64,000 nt of DNA from Planctomycetota bacterium (lineage in GTDB: Bacteria; Planctomycetota; UBA11346), in assembly GCA_038203025.1 (NCBI GenBank), contig JBBREK010000002.1:172-64171 (forward strand). The letters run 5' to 3'. Every line of letters begins with the position of its first letter. Position 1 is the stretch's first letter. Of this stretch, positions 53,138 to 62,319 are shown in pieces. The notes under the pieces are model-generated. The model ran no database searches. It was given only the letters and a program-made list of their open reading frames with translations, and was not told the origin of the DNA. Position numbers and translations under genes: made by a program.

Positions 53138-55351
53138 TCAGCGTGCCGCTTCGATGAGCACGATCTCGCCGCGGTCGCGCAGCTGGATCTCGCCGTCGTT
53201 GGCGAGTAGGGATTGGCGACCTGCGCCGGCGAGGCGCTCGGCCAGAGCGAGATGCTCGGCGCTGGCGAAGGCGATGCGCCGGGCCGGAGCGCCGTCGGCG
53301 CCGACCTCGACCCAGCGCCCATTGCGGCGCCAGAGGCTGCTGTTGGCAACCTGCTGCACGCCCGTGAAGGCCTGCGTCCGACCGTCAGCGTCGAGGATGC
53401 GGTTGTCGGCGGCGGCCCGCTCCGTCTCGCGTAGACGCCCGTTGTTGATCGACGAGGCCTGGGCCTGGGCGCCGGCGCGCGGCGACAGCCCCTTGCTCTG
53501 CAGCTCGTCGACAGCGCGCTGCCTCGTCGGCGCCGCGGCGGCGTCCCAGCGCTCGCGCTCGGCGCGGGTCAGCGGCATCGGGCCGGCCGGCGGCAGCGGC
53601 GCGCCTTCGGTGGCAAGGAAGGCGGTGTATTCAGTGAGGACGCCGTACTGCGTGCTCAGCCGCACGATGTCGGCGGTGAGTTCGGATAGCCGGGCCGGAT
53701 CGGAGCGGCCATCGGCGCCAAGGTCGCGGGCCTGCTCGACCAGCTCGGCGATGCGCCGCTGGGCCCACAGCCGCGCCACCCACGAGGCGAAGGGGTCGGC
53801 GGCGGCGGGGTCGAGCACGGCGCTGCGCTGCCAGCGTGCACCGTCGGCGAGGGTGCCGGCAAGCTCGATGCGGATGGGCGCGCGACCGGCATAGCGGCCG
53901 GTGACCAGGATCTGCTCGCCGGCGAAGGCGTCGCGCAGGCGGCGCGGCTGCCGATCGAGGATCCGGCCGGCCTCGGCGACCAGCTCGGGCGCGGCCAGCA
54001 CCGGACGGCCGAGCGATGTGACCAGCTCGGCGACGGCCAGCTCGATGTCCGCCCCCGGCGGCAGATGGCGGGCGCGACCGCGGCCGGCCGCAGCGAGGTG
54101 GTCGAGCAGTGGCGCGTTGGCGTCGTGCCCGACCCCGACGCAGAACAACCGGCGGCCGGCGGGGTTATCGCCAGCGCGCTGGCGGATGGCCAGCTCGCTG
54201 GTGATGCCAAGGGTCGGCAGTCCATCGCTGATCAGCAGGACCAGCGGCAGCGTCCCCGGCTTCGCCGGCTGGGCCAGGGCGGCGGCCAAACCGTCGTACA
54301 GGTTGGTGCCGCCACTGGGCCGGGCCGCCGCCAGCCAGCGGCGCAAGGCCTGTTGGCCGGCCTCGTCCATGGCCAGCGGCGTGCGGGCAAAGGGATCGAC
54401 GCCCTCGTTGAACAGCAGGACGTTCGCTGTCTCTCCGGCCCCCAGCGAGGCCAGCACCTGGGCCACCGCGGCGCGCGACTGCGTCCACTTGTCGCCGGCC
54501 ATGCTGCCGCTGCGGTCGATGAGTACGGTGACCTCGCGCGGGATCGGCGCGGCGGAGCCGACCGGCGGCGCTTCGGCAAGCACGGCGAAGACCCCGCCGT
54601 CGCCTTCGGGGAAGGCGACCACCGACAGCGGCGCGGCGCCGCGCAGACACCACGACAGGCGGATCGCGCCCGGATCGGCGGCGCCGTCAAGGCGCAACTC
54701 GACCGCACGGCCGTCGCGCGAGGTCTCGGCGAAGCGTTGCATCGGCGCGAACACCGCGCCGATGGGCACCGACGCCGCCAGCCGCGCACGAATGGTCCAC
54801 GGCGCCGCTCCGGCCAGGGCCTCGGCGCGCGGCAGCACCCACTCCAGCCGGCCGTCGCGCAACTCCAGCACCTGCTCGAAGCTCAGGCGCACCGCCTGGG
54901 TCCGGCCCGGCTCGACTGGGAACACCGACGAGCGCAGCAGCTGCGCGCCGGCAAATTCCAGCAGGGCTGGATCGCGCATGCGGCTGACGATGACCTGGTA
55001 GGTGGAGCGAGCCTCCCCGGCCGGCAGCAGGCGCGCCTCCAGCTCGCCGCCCGGGCCGGAGAAGCCGAACGAGCGCACCGCCGCCCCGGCTGGCAGCGGC
55101 AGCAGCAAGACGGCTTCGGCGCTGACCGAGCCGCGATTGCGCACCTGCACCGTCATCACCGTGCGCACCAGCTGGTCCTTGGCGTCGATCTCGACCGCTA
55201 CGCTCTCGACACTGATCGCCGCATCCGTCGGCGTGCGCATCACCGGCACCAGCGGGTGGACGTGGGCGTGGGCCGCCCACCACGCGGATTCGCCAGCGGT
55301 CAAGCCGCAGACCAGGAGAAGCAGCAGGACGAGGCGGTGGTTGGGGCTCAT
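53138..55351 (-). CDS. secreted VIT (vault inter-alpha-trypsin) + VWA domain protein
   Basis: Signal peptide. VIT-like ISVESVAVEIDAKDQLVRTVMTVQVRN...EARSTYQVIVSRMRDPALLEF...VFPVEPG. VWA MIDAS VLIDRSGSMAG. Confidence 0.85.
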   Translation of the reverse strand: MSPNHRLVLLLLLVCGLTAGESAWWAAHAHVHPLVPVMRTPTDAAISVESVAVEIDAKDQLVRTVMTVQVRNRGSVSAEAVLLLPLPAGAAVRSFGFSGPGGELEARLLPAGEARSTYQVIVSRMRDPALLEFAGAQLLRSSVFPVEPGRTQAVRLSFEQVLELRDGRLEWVLPRAEALAGAAPWTIRARLAASVPIGAVFAPMQRFAETSRDGRAVELRLDGAADPGAIRLSWCLRGAAPLSVVAFPEGDGGVFAVLAEAPPVGSAAPIPREVTVLIDRSGSMAGDKWTQSRAAVAQVLASLGAGETANVLLFNEGVDPFARTPLAMDEAGQQALRRWLAAARPSGGTNLYDGLAAALAQPAKPGTLPLVLLISDGLPTLGITSELAIRQRAGDNPAGRRLFCVGVGHDANAPLLDHLAAAGRGRARHLPPGADIELAVAELVTSLGRPVLAAPELVAEAGRILDRQPRRLRDAFAGEQILVTGRYAGRAPIRIELAGTLADGARWQRSAVLDPAAADPFASWVARLWAQRRIAELVEQARDLGADGRSDPARLSELTADIVRLSTQYGVLTEYTAFLATEGAPLPPAGPMPLTRAERERWDAAAAPTRQRAVDELQSKGLSPRAGAQAQASSINNGRLRETERAAADNRILDADGRTQAFTGVQQVANSSLWRRNGRWVEVGADGAPARRIAFASAEHLALAERLAGAGRQSLLANDGEIQLRDRGEIVLIEAAR

Positions 55352-55354
55352 GCC

Positions 55355-55401
55355 CCGGTCGTATCCGGTCGTAACGGGCCGGCATGTAACCGGCTCGTAA
55401 C
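55355..55401. repeat. four direct repeats CCGG(N2-3)GTA[A/T] in the 63-bp gap upstream of the VIT-VWA gene
   Basis: ccggtcgta (55355), ccggtcgta (55365), ccggcatgta (55379) and ccggctcgta (55390), read directly. A regulatory role is only a guess. Confidence 0.3.
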
Positions 55402-55414
55402 TGGCGGGAGATCC

Positions 55415-56002
55415 CTACTTGGCCGCCGCGACGCGCAGCCAGGCGGCGACCAGATCGTCGCAGGCCTTGGGCAGGTCGGGGAAGCAGGGGACCATGCGCT
55501 GGAGGCCGATCATCTCGATGACCTTCAGCACGCCGGCGCTTGGCCGGATCAGGCGCAGGCGCGAGCGCTGGGCGTTGCTCGCCAGCGCCGCCAGGCCCAT
55601 CGAGCTGATGTAGCTGAGGTAGACGCAGTCGGCGAGGATGCCGTAGAGGTTGCGCTGGTCGATGCCGCTCAGGGCGTCGGAGAGCTGCTGCGCCCCCTGC
55701 TGTTCCAGCCGACTGGGGAAGTCGAGGTGCGAGATGTGGAAGGAGTTGCTGAGGACGTAGGCGTAGAAGCCAGACACCTGGTTGCCGATGGCACCGACGC
55801 GGACCCGCTCGCTGGCCACCTTGGCCCCCTGCCCGGGATGGCGCATGCGCGCCAGGGCCTCGACCAGCACCTGGGCGGTGGCGATGGCGCCGGTCGGCGA
55901 GGTCGCCACCGCGTCCACCTGCACGGTAAACAGCGAGGCGGTTGGATCGCCAACCAGGGTATAGGGGACAGTGACGGGTATCTTATGAAGCGGCATGACC
56001 AC
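55415..56002 (-). CDS. STAS-domain protein (anti-sigma-antagonist fold) with unknown N-terminal region
   Basis: The C-terminal about 100 aa, FHISHLDFPSRLEQQGAQQLSDAL...ILADCVYLSYISSMGLAALASNAQRSRLRLIRPSAGVLKVIEMIGL, follows the STAS pattern. Confidence 0.55.
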   Translation of the reverse strand: MVMPLHKIPVTVPYTLVGDPTASLFTVQVDAVATSPTGAIATAQVLVEALARMRHPGQGAKVASERVRVGAIGNQVSGFYAYVLSNSFHISHLDFPSRLEQQGAQQLSDALSGIDQRNLYGILADCVYLSYISSMGLAALASNAQRSRLRLIRPSAGVLKVIEMIGLQRMVPCFPDLPKACDDLVAAWLRVAAAK

Positions 56003-56053
56003 CTAGGATTAGGGCCCCGTCGCGCAGCGATGGGGCGGCCGCCGAGTGGCGAT

Positions 56054-56085
56054 GGCGGCATAGAATCGGCGCAGCCGATGCCGCC
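56054..56085 (-). terminator. two-part GC hairpin downstream of tRNA-Gly (possible terminator, no U-tract)
   Basis: ggcggcat-agaa-tcggc-gca-gccga-tgccgcc read directly. Confidence 0.3.
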
Positions 56086-56174
56086 ACGATTCCGGAGCCG
56101 TGCGACGGAAGCGAGCCACGACCAAGGCCGGGGGTAGGCCCACAGGGCCGTAGGGGCCAAGCCCCTGAACAAAA

Positions 56175-56248
56175 TGGAGCGGGTGATGGGAATCGAACCC
56201 ACGTCACCGGCTTGGGAAGCCGGCGCTCTACCATTGAGCTACACCCGC
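56175..56248 (-). tRNA. tRNA-Gly: tRNA-Gly (anticodon CCC)
   Basis: Hand-folded cloverleaf. Acceptor GCGGGUG/CACCCGC. D-arm GCUC-AAUGGUA-GAGC. Anticodon stem CCGGC/GCCGG with loop UUCCCAA. T-arm GUGGG-UUCGAUU-CCCAU. Encoded CCA. 74 nt. Confidence 0.95.
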
Positions 56249-56296
56249 GCGCATATCGGGAGTGTGGCGGTGCATACCCGCCCCTGCAAGGGGAGA

Positions 56297-56374
56297 TGGT
56301 CGGAGCGACAGGATTCGAACCTGCGACCTTTGCGTCCCGAACGCAACGCTCTAGCCAAGCTGAGCTACGCTCCG
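56297..56374 (-). tRNA. tRNA-Pro: tRNA-Pro (anticodon CGG)
   Basis: Hand-folded. Acceptor CGGAGCG/CGCUCCG. Anticodon stem UUGCG/CGCAA with loop UUCGGGA. T-arm GCAGG-UUCGAAU-CCUGU. Encoded CCA. 78 nt. Confidence 0.9.
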
Positions 56375-56449
56375 ATGTGTCTGTCAAGCCGCCTACGGCG
56401 GGGCAAGGGGTTTATCGGGGCAACCGGTCCGGTCAACGACCGCGTTGAG

Positions 56450-56478
56450 CCCAAGGACCGCGGGCTTCAGCCCACGAG
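56450..56478 (-). repeat. GC hairpin repeat copy (slightly degenerate) just downstream of the ftsB-like gene
   Basis: The plus strand reads cccaaggaccgcgggcttcagcccacgag. It lies 4 nt after the TAG stop of the 56482-56760 gene. Confidence 0.7.
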
Positions 56479-56481
56479 TGG

Positions 56482-56760
56482 CTAGCGCCGCGGCGGCGGG
56501 GCGAGCTCGCCGGAGGCGGTGTACTGCAGCCGCTCGCGGGCGAGGAATTCGACGACGTAGGGGTCGTCGCGCTTGAGGCCATCACGCAGCGCCTTGCCGC
56601 GTTCAATTTCAGACTGCAGACGCTGGGTCTCCAGGCGCTCGGCGTCGGCGGCCTCGCGCACCTTGTCCAGCTCGGCACGGCGCTCGACGTAGGACGAGAC
56701 CAGCCAGCCAAGCAGGGCGACGGCGAAGGCAGCGTGGAGCAGCCGGATGGCGACGCTCAA
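56482..56760 (-). CDS. ftsB: septum formation initiator family protein (FtsB/DivIC-like)
   Basis: 92 aa. N-terminal TM (AIRLLHAAFAVALLGWLVSSY), a coiled coil, and DPYVVEFLARERLQY matching the family C-terminal motif. Confidence 0.7.
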   Translation of the reverse strand: MSVAIRLLHAAFAVALLGWLVSSYVERRAELDKVREAADAERLETQRLQSEIERGKALRDGLKRDDPYVVEFLARERLQYTASGELAPPPRR

Positions 56761-58259
56761 GCCTTGGCCTCCGCGACGTCAGCGGCCGGCACGTCGCCGG
56801 CGATGCCACCGACAATGCGGCGGTGACGCTGGACCAGCGCGGTGTAACCGGCGGCGGCGGCCTTGCGTGGCTGCAGCGGGCCGTGCCGGCGGACCATCGC
56901 CTGGATGGCGGCGTCGAGGGTCTTATGCACGCCAACTGCCGGTGCGGCGAGGATGGCGACGCCGGCAGCGGCGGCCTCGGCCACCGGTGCGACATCAACG
57001 GCCCGATCCAGGACGTCGGCGAGCACCTGCGGCCACAGGTTGCCGGAGGCGCCAGGGCCGGCGGCGATGACCCGTTCGATCGGCGTGCCAGCGGCCGCTG
57101 CCGCGGCGAGCACTTCGCGGGCAGCGAGCGAACCGCCTTCGTAGGCAGCGCGCACCAAATGGCCGCGGCCGATGCCGGGACGCAGGCCGAGGAAGCCGCC
57201 CAGTCCGCGACCGGCCGGAATGTACAGGCAGCCGTCGGCGCCAGGGGCGATCTCCGAGGCGAGCTCGGCGAGAATCTCTTGTGGATCGCGCTGGTTGCGC
57301 CGCGCCTGCGCGGTTTCGCTGGCGAGCACCGTCTCCATCAGCCAGTCGAGTCCTTCGGCGCCGGCGATGCCCACCGCCTCGTGCGCGGCCCGGCCGGGCG
57401 CGACGTGGCAGGAGACGCGCAGGCGACCGCTGACGTCGCGGCCGGCCTCGTTGGTGGAAATCAGCACCGAGCCGACCGAGCCGAGCTCGACCACGGCAGT
57501 GCCGACCGCCATGGCACCGGCGGCGACCGCCACCGCGGCGGCGTGCCCAGCCCCGCCGATCACCGGCGTGCCGGGGGCGAGGCCACATTCCTTGGCCGCT
57601 GCGTCGGTGATGCGGCCGGTCATCGCCGTGGCGGCCACCACCGGCGGCAACCAGGCGAGGTCGACGCCCAGGACCTGGGCGACCTGCTTGCTCCAGGCCC
57701 GCGTCTTGGGGTTGAACAGCAGGGTCGCGGTCGCGTCGCAGGCGTCGGTGGCGGCCACACCGGTCAGCCGGTAGCGCAGGAAATCCTTGGCCGGAAGGAT
57801 CCAGCCGAGGTCGTGCCACACGCGCTTCTCGTTGGCCTTCAGCCACAGCAGCTTGGCGGCGGTGACCGCACTGCTGGCACCGCCGCCGCTGATGTTGGCG
57901 AGGTTGCGCGGACCGATCACACGCGCCAGTTCGGCTGCGTCGTCCTCGGCACGCGCGTCAGGCCCGAGCACGGTGGCGCACAGCGATTTGCCGTCCTTGT
58001 CGCAGGCGGCGAAGCCAAAGCTGTCGCCGCTGACGCCCACCGCACGGATGCGGTCGGGATCAAGGCCGCCCTTGCGCAGCAGCTCTTTGATGCCGGTGCG
58101 GGCGGCCCGCCACCAGTCCTGTGGATCGATCGGCTCGCCAGTGCCCTGGCCGAAGGCGCGACGGGAGGTGGCCGCCACCGCGCCGTTGCCATCAAGTACG
58201 ACGAGTCCGAGACCGGTGCGACCGACGTCGATGCCCAGTAGATAAGCGGGGGTGGCCAT
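56757..58259 (-). CDS. FGGY-family carbohydrate kinase (xylulokinase-like)
   Basis: YLLGIDVGRTGLGLVVLDGNG (N-terminal ATPase motif). Later GGGASSAV and GAGHAAAVAVAAG. Internal ATG used. Confidence 0.8.
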   Translation of the reverse strand: MATPAYLLGIDVGRTGLGLVVLDGNGAVAATSRRAFGQGTGEPIDPQDWWRAARTGIKELLRKGGLDPDRIRAVGVSGDSFGFAACDKDGKSLCATVLGPDARAEDDAAELARVIGPRNLANISGGGASSAVTAAKLLWLKANEKRVWHDLGWILPAKDFLRYRLTGVAATDACDATATLLFNPKTRAWSKQVAQVLGVDLAWLPPVVAATAMTGRITDAAAKECGLAPGTPVIGGAGHAAAVAVAAGAMAVGTAVVELGSVGSVLISTNEAGRDVSGRLRVSCHVAPGRAAHEAVGIAGAEGLDWLMETVLASETAQARRNQRDPQEILAELASEIAPGADGCLYIPAGRGLGGFLGLRPGIGRGHLVRAAYEGGSLAAREVLAAAAAAGTPIERVIAAGPGASGNLWPQVLADVLDRAVDVAPVAEAAAAGVAILAAPAVGVHKTLDAAIQAMVRRHGPLQPRKAAAAGYTALVQRHRRIVGGIAGDVPAADVAEAKA

Positions 58260-58358
58260 TGTGATCCGGCAGGCTAGGCCCATTTTCCGTATCGGTCAAG
58301 GAAGATCGGAGCCGAGACCGACCTTCCCCGCTACCGCAACCTGCCGACGCTACGTGGC

Positions 58359-59141
58359 ATGCGTCCGCTGCTCCTGCTATTCGCCGCCATCCTCGCTGCT
58401 GGCAGCCTGCCCGCCGACGAGGTGACGCTGGCCGACGGCACGGTCATCGACGGCGAGGTGCTGGTCGAGAACGCCCAGGAGGTGCGCGTGCGCTTGGTCC
58501 AGGGCGGGATGGTCGCCGAGCGCAGCTGGCCGCGCAGCCAGGTGACCCGTATCGTGCACGGCCAGACCCCGCGCCAGCGCACCGTCACCGCCCTGCGCGC
58601 CGAGGCCACCGCCCTTCCCGCTAAGGCCCCGACAGCAGCAACGGCAGCGGCCTGGACCGCCCTGGCGCTGCGTGCCAAGCCGGCCGATCCGGCGTTGGCG
58701 CGGCAGTGGGCAGCGCGCGCTGTGGCCTGCGACCGCAACCAGGCCGAGGCACAGCTGCTGCTCGGCCGCGAGCTGATCGGCGGCGTGTGGCTGCGCCCGC
58801 ACGAGGTGGCGACCGCGCGCGGCGAGGTGTGGCACGACGGTAGATGGATCACGTGGAGCGATCGCGAGCGTCTGCGCCAGGAGGAGCTCGAGCGCCAGGA
58901 GCGTCAGCGCGCTGCCTTCGCCGCCGCCACCGAACGCACCGAACAGCGGGCCCGCGCCGCGCAGCGCATCGACTACGGCAGCTGGCAGTGGCCGCAGCGC
59001 TGGAGCCAGCCAGCCCGCGTGCTGTGGTGGGGTGGACCGGTGCAGCCGTGGCCTAATCGGCCCTGCTATGGCAGCGGCTCGAATGTCGCCATCACCGGCG
59101 GCTGGGGGTCGGTCGACTGGAATATTAACCTTACCTGGTGA
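58359..59141 (+). CDS. hypothetical secreted protein
   Basis: Signal peptide [21 protein letters not shown]. No family recognised. Confidence 0.5.
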   Translation: MRPLLLLFAAILAAGSLPADEVTLADGTVIDGEVLVENAQEVRVRLVQGGMVAERSWPRSQVTRIVHGQTPRQRTVTALRAEATALPAKAPTAATAAAWTALALRAKPADPALARQWAARAVACDRNQAEAQLLLGRELIGGVWLRPHEVATARGEVWHDGRWITWSDRERLRQEELERQERQRAAFAAATERTEQRARAAQRIDYGSWQWPQRWSQPARVLWWGGPVQPWPNRPCYGSGSNVAITGGWGSVDWNINLTW

Positions 59142-59177
59142 TTGGGCGGGTAGGGGGTGAGATATTCCTGGCTACGG

Positions 59178-59194
59178 GCCGGCGGGACGCCGGC
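59178..59194. terminator. GC hairpin GCCGGCG-GGA-CGCCGGC between convergent genes (possible terminator)
   Basis: Read directly. Flanked by the direct repeat ACGGGCCGGCGG (59174 and 59214). Confidence 0.3.
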
Positions 59195-59225
59195 GATCCC
59201 GGGCTTCATTGCCACGGGCCGGCGG

Positions 59226-61037
59226 CTAGCGGGCGCCGAGAGGTAGGGTGGCCGCGGGGCTGACGATGACCCGGGCGAAGGCCGGGAACTCGTCGCAGGC
59301 GATCTGGGCGTTGGCGCTGGTGAAGGGCGCGCCGCGGTCGACGTGCGGGAAGCCGAAGCCGAAGCGACGCAGCGGCCGCCGGCTGGCGTCGTACAGCACC
59401 ACGCTGATGTTGGGGTTGGCGGCGGCAGCGGGACGCTGCACCACCAGGCGGGCGGCGACGCCGCCGCCATCGGCCGGGTCGAGGCGCAGGCTGACCATGT
59501 AGTCGCCAATCAGGGCGATCGGCGTACCGGCCTTGACCGGCAGCAGCGGCTGCTGCGCCGCCTCATCGCCAAGCACGCTGCCAAGGTTGGCATCGGCGAC
59601 GCGGGCGAGGTAGCCCTGGATCACCGTATTGCTGGCGGTGAGGTCTTCGCTCAGACGACGTTCGCGCGCGGCCAGCGCAGCACGCTCGGTACGCAGGGCC
59701 TCGACCTCCTGGCGCACCGTGGCCAACTCGGCGGTGAGCTGGTCGGCGCGGCGCTCTTGCGCGACCCGTTCGCCGACCACGGCGTCAAGGCGGGTATTCT
59801 CGCTGCGCAGGTGGCGCACGCCGTCGGCGAGGATGCCACCGACCCGTTCCTGACGCCGCAGCTGTTCGGCCTGCTCGCGGCCGAGGCGCTGGGCGTCAGC
59901 CAGACGTAGGGCCATGAGCGCGGCGCGGTCATCGGCGTCGCGCAGGCGGGCGACATCGGCCTCGGCCGTGGACAGGCGGCGGCGCGCGTCCTCGGCCTCG
60001 GCCCGGCGCATGCTCGCCTCGTCGCTGGCCCGGGCGACAGCGGTGCGGCCGGCGGTCTGTGCCTCCTCGGCGGCAGCCAGGGCGGCCTGCAGCCGGCGCA
60101 CCTCGGCGAGATTCGCCTCGGCTTGGCGCGTGCTCGCGGCCAACTCGGCGGCTAGACGTACGGTATCCTGCGGCACGGCAGCGGCGGCGCGCAGACCCCA
60201 GGCACCGACCGCGGTGCCAGCGATGGCCAGGACGGCGGCGACCGCGGCGACCGCCAGCCACGGGCCACGCCGCGTGCGCGACGGCACCGGCGGGCCGTTG
60301 GGTCCGGGCGGCGCCACCAGGTCGCTGGCCGCGACGGCAGCCGGACGCAGCGCGGAGGGGTGGGCGGCGGCGCGCTCCCACACCCGGCTTTCATCGGCGC
60401 TCGGATCATCCTCGGCGGGCTCGGGGCCGGCGACCGCGGCGGCCAGGTCTTCGGGCAGGCCGGTAGCGCCGGACAGCCGCGAGCGGCGGCTCCAGCGCAG
60501 CGAGCGCAGGTCAGCGCCGGTGAAGTCGGCACCGGTGGCGCTGGCACCCTTGAGCACGGTGCCGTCGAGCACGGCGCCCTCGAAGCGCACGTCCGCTAGG
60601 TCGGCACCACCGAGGTTGCTGCCGGCGAGGTCGGCCCCGCGCAGGTCGGCACCGCTGAGATCGGCGCGCTTGAGACTGGCCCGGCGCAGCCGCGAGCCCG
60701 CGAGGTTGGCGCCAGACAGCCGCGCCCCGTCGAGCACGGCGTCGCGCAGGTCGGCGCGCGACAGATTGGCGTGGGCCAGGTTGATGCCCGGCGCCTGCAC
60801 GCCGACGAGGTGTGCCTCGGCGAGGTCGCCGCGCGCCACCCGTGCCGCCTGCGCCACCAGGCGAGCGACGTAGGCGTCGCCCTTGTCGACCAGCGGGTTG
60901 TGCCACACGCAGGTCGACGACTCGGGTGCGGGCAGGTGCGGGCAGGGGCCGTGGAGGCCGCCAAACAGGTGATTGCAGCCGGCCACGGCCGGGGCCGCCG
61001 GCCGGGTCTCCTCGTGATCTGGGTCGGCGTCCGTCAT
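59226..61037 (-). CDS. pentapeptide-repeat / TM / coiled-coil membrane protein
   Basis: Cys/His-rich N-terminus (CNHLFGGLHGPCPH...CVWH). About 20 pentapeptide repeats (ANLSRADLRDAVLDGARLSGANLAGSRLRRASLKRADLSGADLRGADL...). One TM (WLAVAAVAAVLAIAGTAVGAW). A long Ala/Arg/Glu coiled coil. Internal ATG used. Confidence 0.8.
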   Translation of the reverse strand: MTDADPDHEETRPAAPAVAGCNHLFGGLHGPCPHLPAPESSTCVWHNPLVDKGDAYVARLVAQAARVARGDLAEAHLVGVQAPGINLAHANLSRADLRDAVLDGARLSGANLAGSRLRRASLKRADLSGADLRGADLAGSNLGGADLADVRFEGAVLDGTVLKGASATGADFTGADLRSLRWSRRSRLSGATGLPEDLAAAVAGPEPAEDDPSADESRVWERAAAHPSALRPAAVAASDLVAPPGPNGPPVPSRTRRGPWLAVAAVAAVLAIAGTAVGAWGLRAAAAVPQDTVRLAAELAASTRQAEANLAEVRRLQAALAAAEEAQTAGRTAVARASDEASMRRAEAEDARRRLSTAEADVARLRDADDRAALMALRLADAQRLGREQAEQLRRQERVGGILADGVRHLRSENTRLDAVVGERVAQERRADQLTAELATVRQEVEALRTERAALAARERRLSEDLTASNTVIQGYLARVADANLGSVLGDEAAQQPLLPVKAGTPIALIGDYMVSLRLDPADGGGVAARLVVQRPAAAANPNISVVLYDASRRPLRRFGFGFPHVDRGAPFTSANAQIACDEFPAFARVIVSPAATLPLGAR

Positions 61038-61044
61038 GGCGACC

Positions 61045-62307
61045 TCAGTGGTGTCCAGCCGGGGCGTGCTCGGCCGGAGCGGCCTCATGCGCCGGCACGA
61101 CGGCCGGGGCAGGATGGGCGGGCGGGGCCAACTCGGCGGGCGGACCGGGCTCGGGCGTCACCGCCTCGGCGGCTGGCGGCGGTGGCGCTGCCGCAGCGGG
61201 TGCCGTCTCGCTCAGGCGGAAGGCGCGACGGCGCAGGGCGTGGATCTTCTGCGCGTCGGGGTGCAACTCGTAGTAGGCCGAGGCGTGCTCGGTGGCCTTG
61301 CGCGCGTCGGGCCGATGGTCGGTGTAGATCAGCGCCTGGAGGTAGTGGCACTCGCGGTCGACGACGCTGTTGGCATCGAAGGCCCTGCCGTCGATCTCGC
61401 GTTTGAGGTGGCGGATCGCCTGGTCGTAGTCGCCGATCTGGAAGAAGTACTGCCCAAGCAGGCCGTTGGCCTCGGGGAAGTCCGGGCGGGCGGCGAGGAT
61501 GGCGAGCAGGCCGTCGCGGGCCGCCAAGCGACGTGACGGCACCTGGCGCAGATCCCAGCGCACCTGCTGCCAGCGCGCCTGATCGAGGGCCGGACCGCTG
61601 GCCACCGCCACCGCTTTTTTCAGCGCGGCCTCGGCCTCGGCCACCTTGCCGCTGCGCTCGTAGGCCAGGCCGAGGTTGACCAGCACCTCGCTGCGCCGCG
61701 GGTCGGCGGCGAGCGCGGCGTCGAGATGGGCGATGGCCTTGGCCAGGGCGTCGGGCTCCTCGGCAAGCGGTCCGAGAAACAGCGTGCCGAGATTGTAGTG
61801 CGCTCCGGCATGTGCAGCGGCGATCTGCAGGCAGCCCTCGTAGGCACGGCGCGCCTCCGACCAGTGCCCGAGTCGCTCGCGCGTGGCGCCGAGGTTGAAC
61901 CAGTAGTCGGCGGCATCACCGGGGCTGGTCGAGCCGGCGAGGTTGGCGGCGTCCTGGAAGCGGCGCTCGGCCTGTTCGTAGTCGCCGGCGAGATAGGCGA
62001 GGTAACCGAGGTTGCACACCACCTCGTGGTGATCCGGTCTGGTGCGCAGGGCCTCCTCGTACCAGCGCCGGGCCTCTTCGGGCTTGCTGATCGACTGGAA
62101 GGCCAGGGCGAGATTGAATTGGGCGTAGAAGTAGGCCGGCTCGAGGCTCAGCGCCTTGCGGTACTGCTCGATGGCGCTCTCGTATTTGCGCTCGGAGAGC
62201 AGGACGTTGCCCTGCAGGGTGTGGAAGGCCGGAGTATCCTCCTCCAGCACCACGGTCTCGGCCGCCGCAAGAGCGCAGACGAGCAGGCTGGCAAGTAGGA
62301 TGCGCAC
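61045..62307 (-). CDS. secreted TPR-repeat protein
   Basis: Signal peptide MRILLASLLVCALAAAE. Multiple TPR units (YESAIEQYRKALSLEPAYFYAQFNLALAF...). Confidence 0.8.
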   Translation of the reverse strand: MRILLASLLVCALAAAETVVLEEDTPAFHTLQGNVLLSERKYESAIEQYRKALSLEPAYFYAQFNLALAFQSISKPEEARRWYEEALRTRPDHHEVVCNLGYLAYLAGDYEQAERRFQDAANLAGSTSPGDAADYWFNLGATRERLGHWSEARRAYEGCLQIAAAHAGAHYNLGTLFLGPLAEEPDALAKAIAHLDAALAADPRRSEVLVNLGLAYERSGKVAEAEAALKKAVAVASGPALDQARWQQVRWDLRQVPSRRLAARDGLLAILAARPDFPEANGLLGQYFFQIGDYDQAIRHLKREIDGRAFDANSVVDRECHYLQALIYTDHRPDARKATEHASAYYELHPDAQKIHALRRRAFRLSETAPAAAAPPPPAAEAVTPEPGPPAELAPPAHPAPAVVPAHEAAPAEHAPAGHH

Positions 62308-62319
62308 GGCTCCCCCGGA

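Noticed and set aside
49346-56400. tRNA-associated genomic island or prophage downstream of tRNA-Gly/tRNA-Pro.
   Set aside because: There is no integrase, transposase, phage gene or direct repeat of a tRNA 3' end in the window. Composition looks like the rest of the window.
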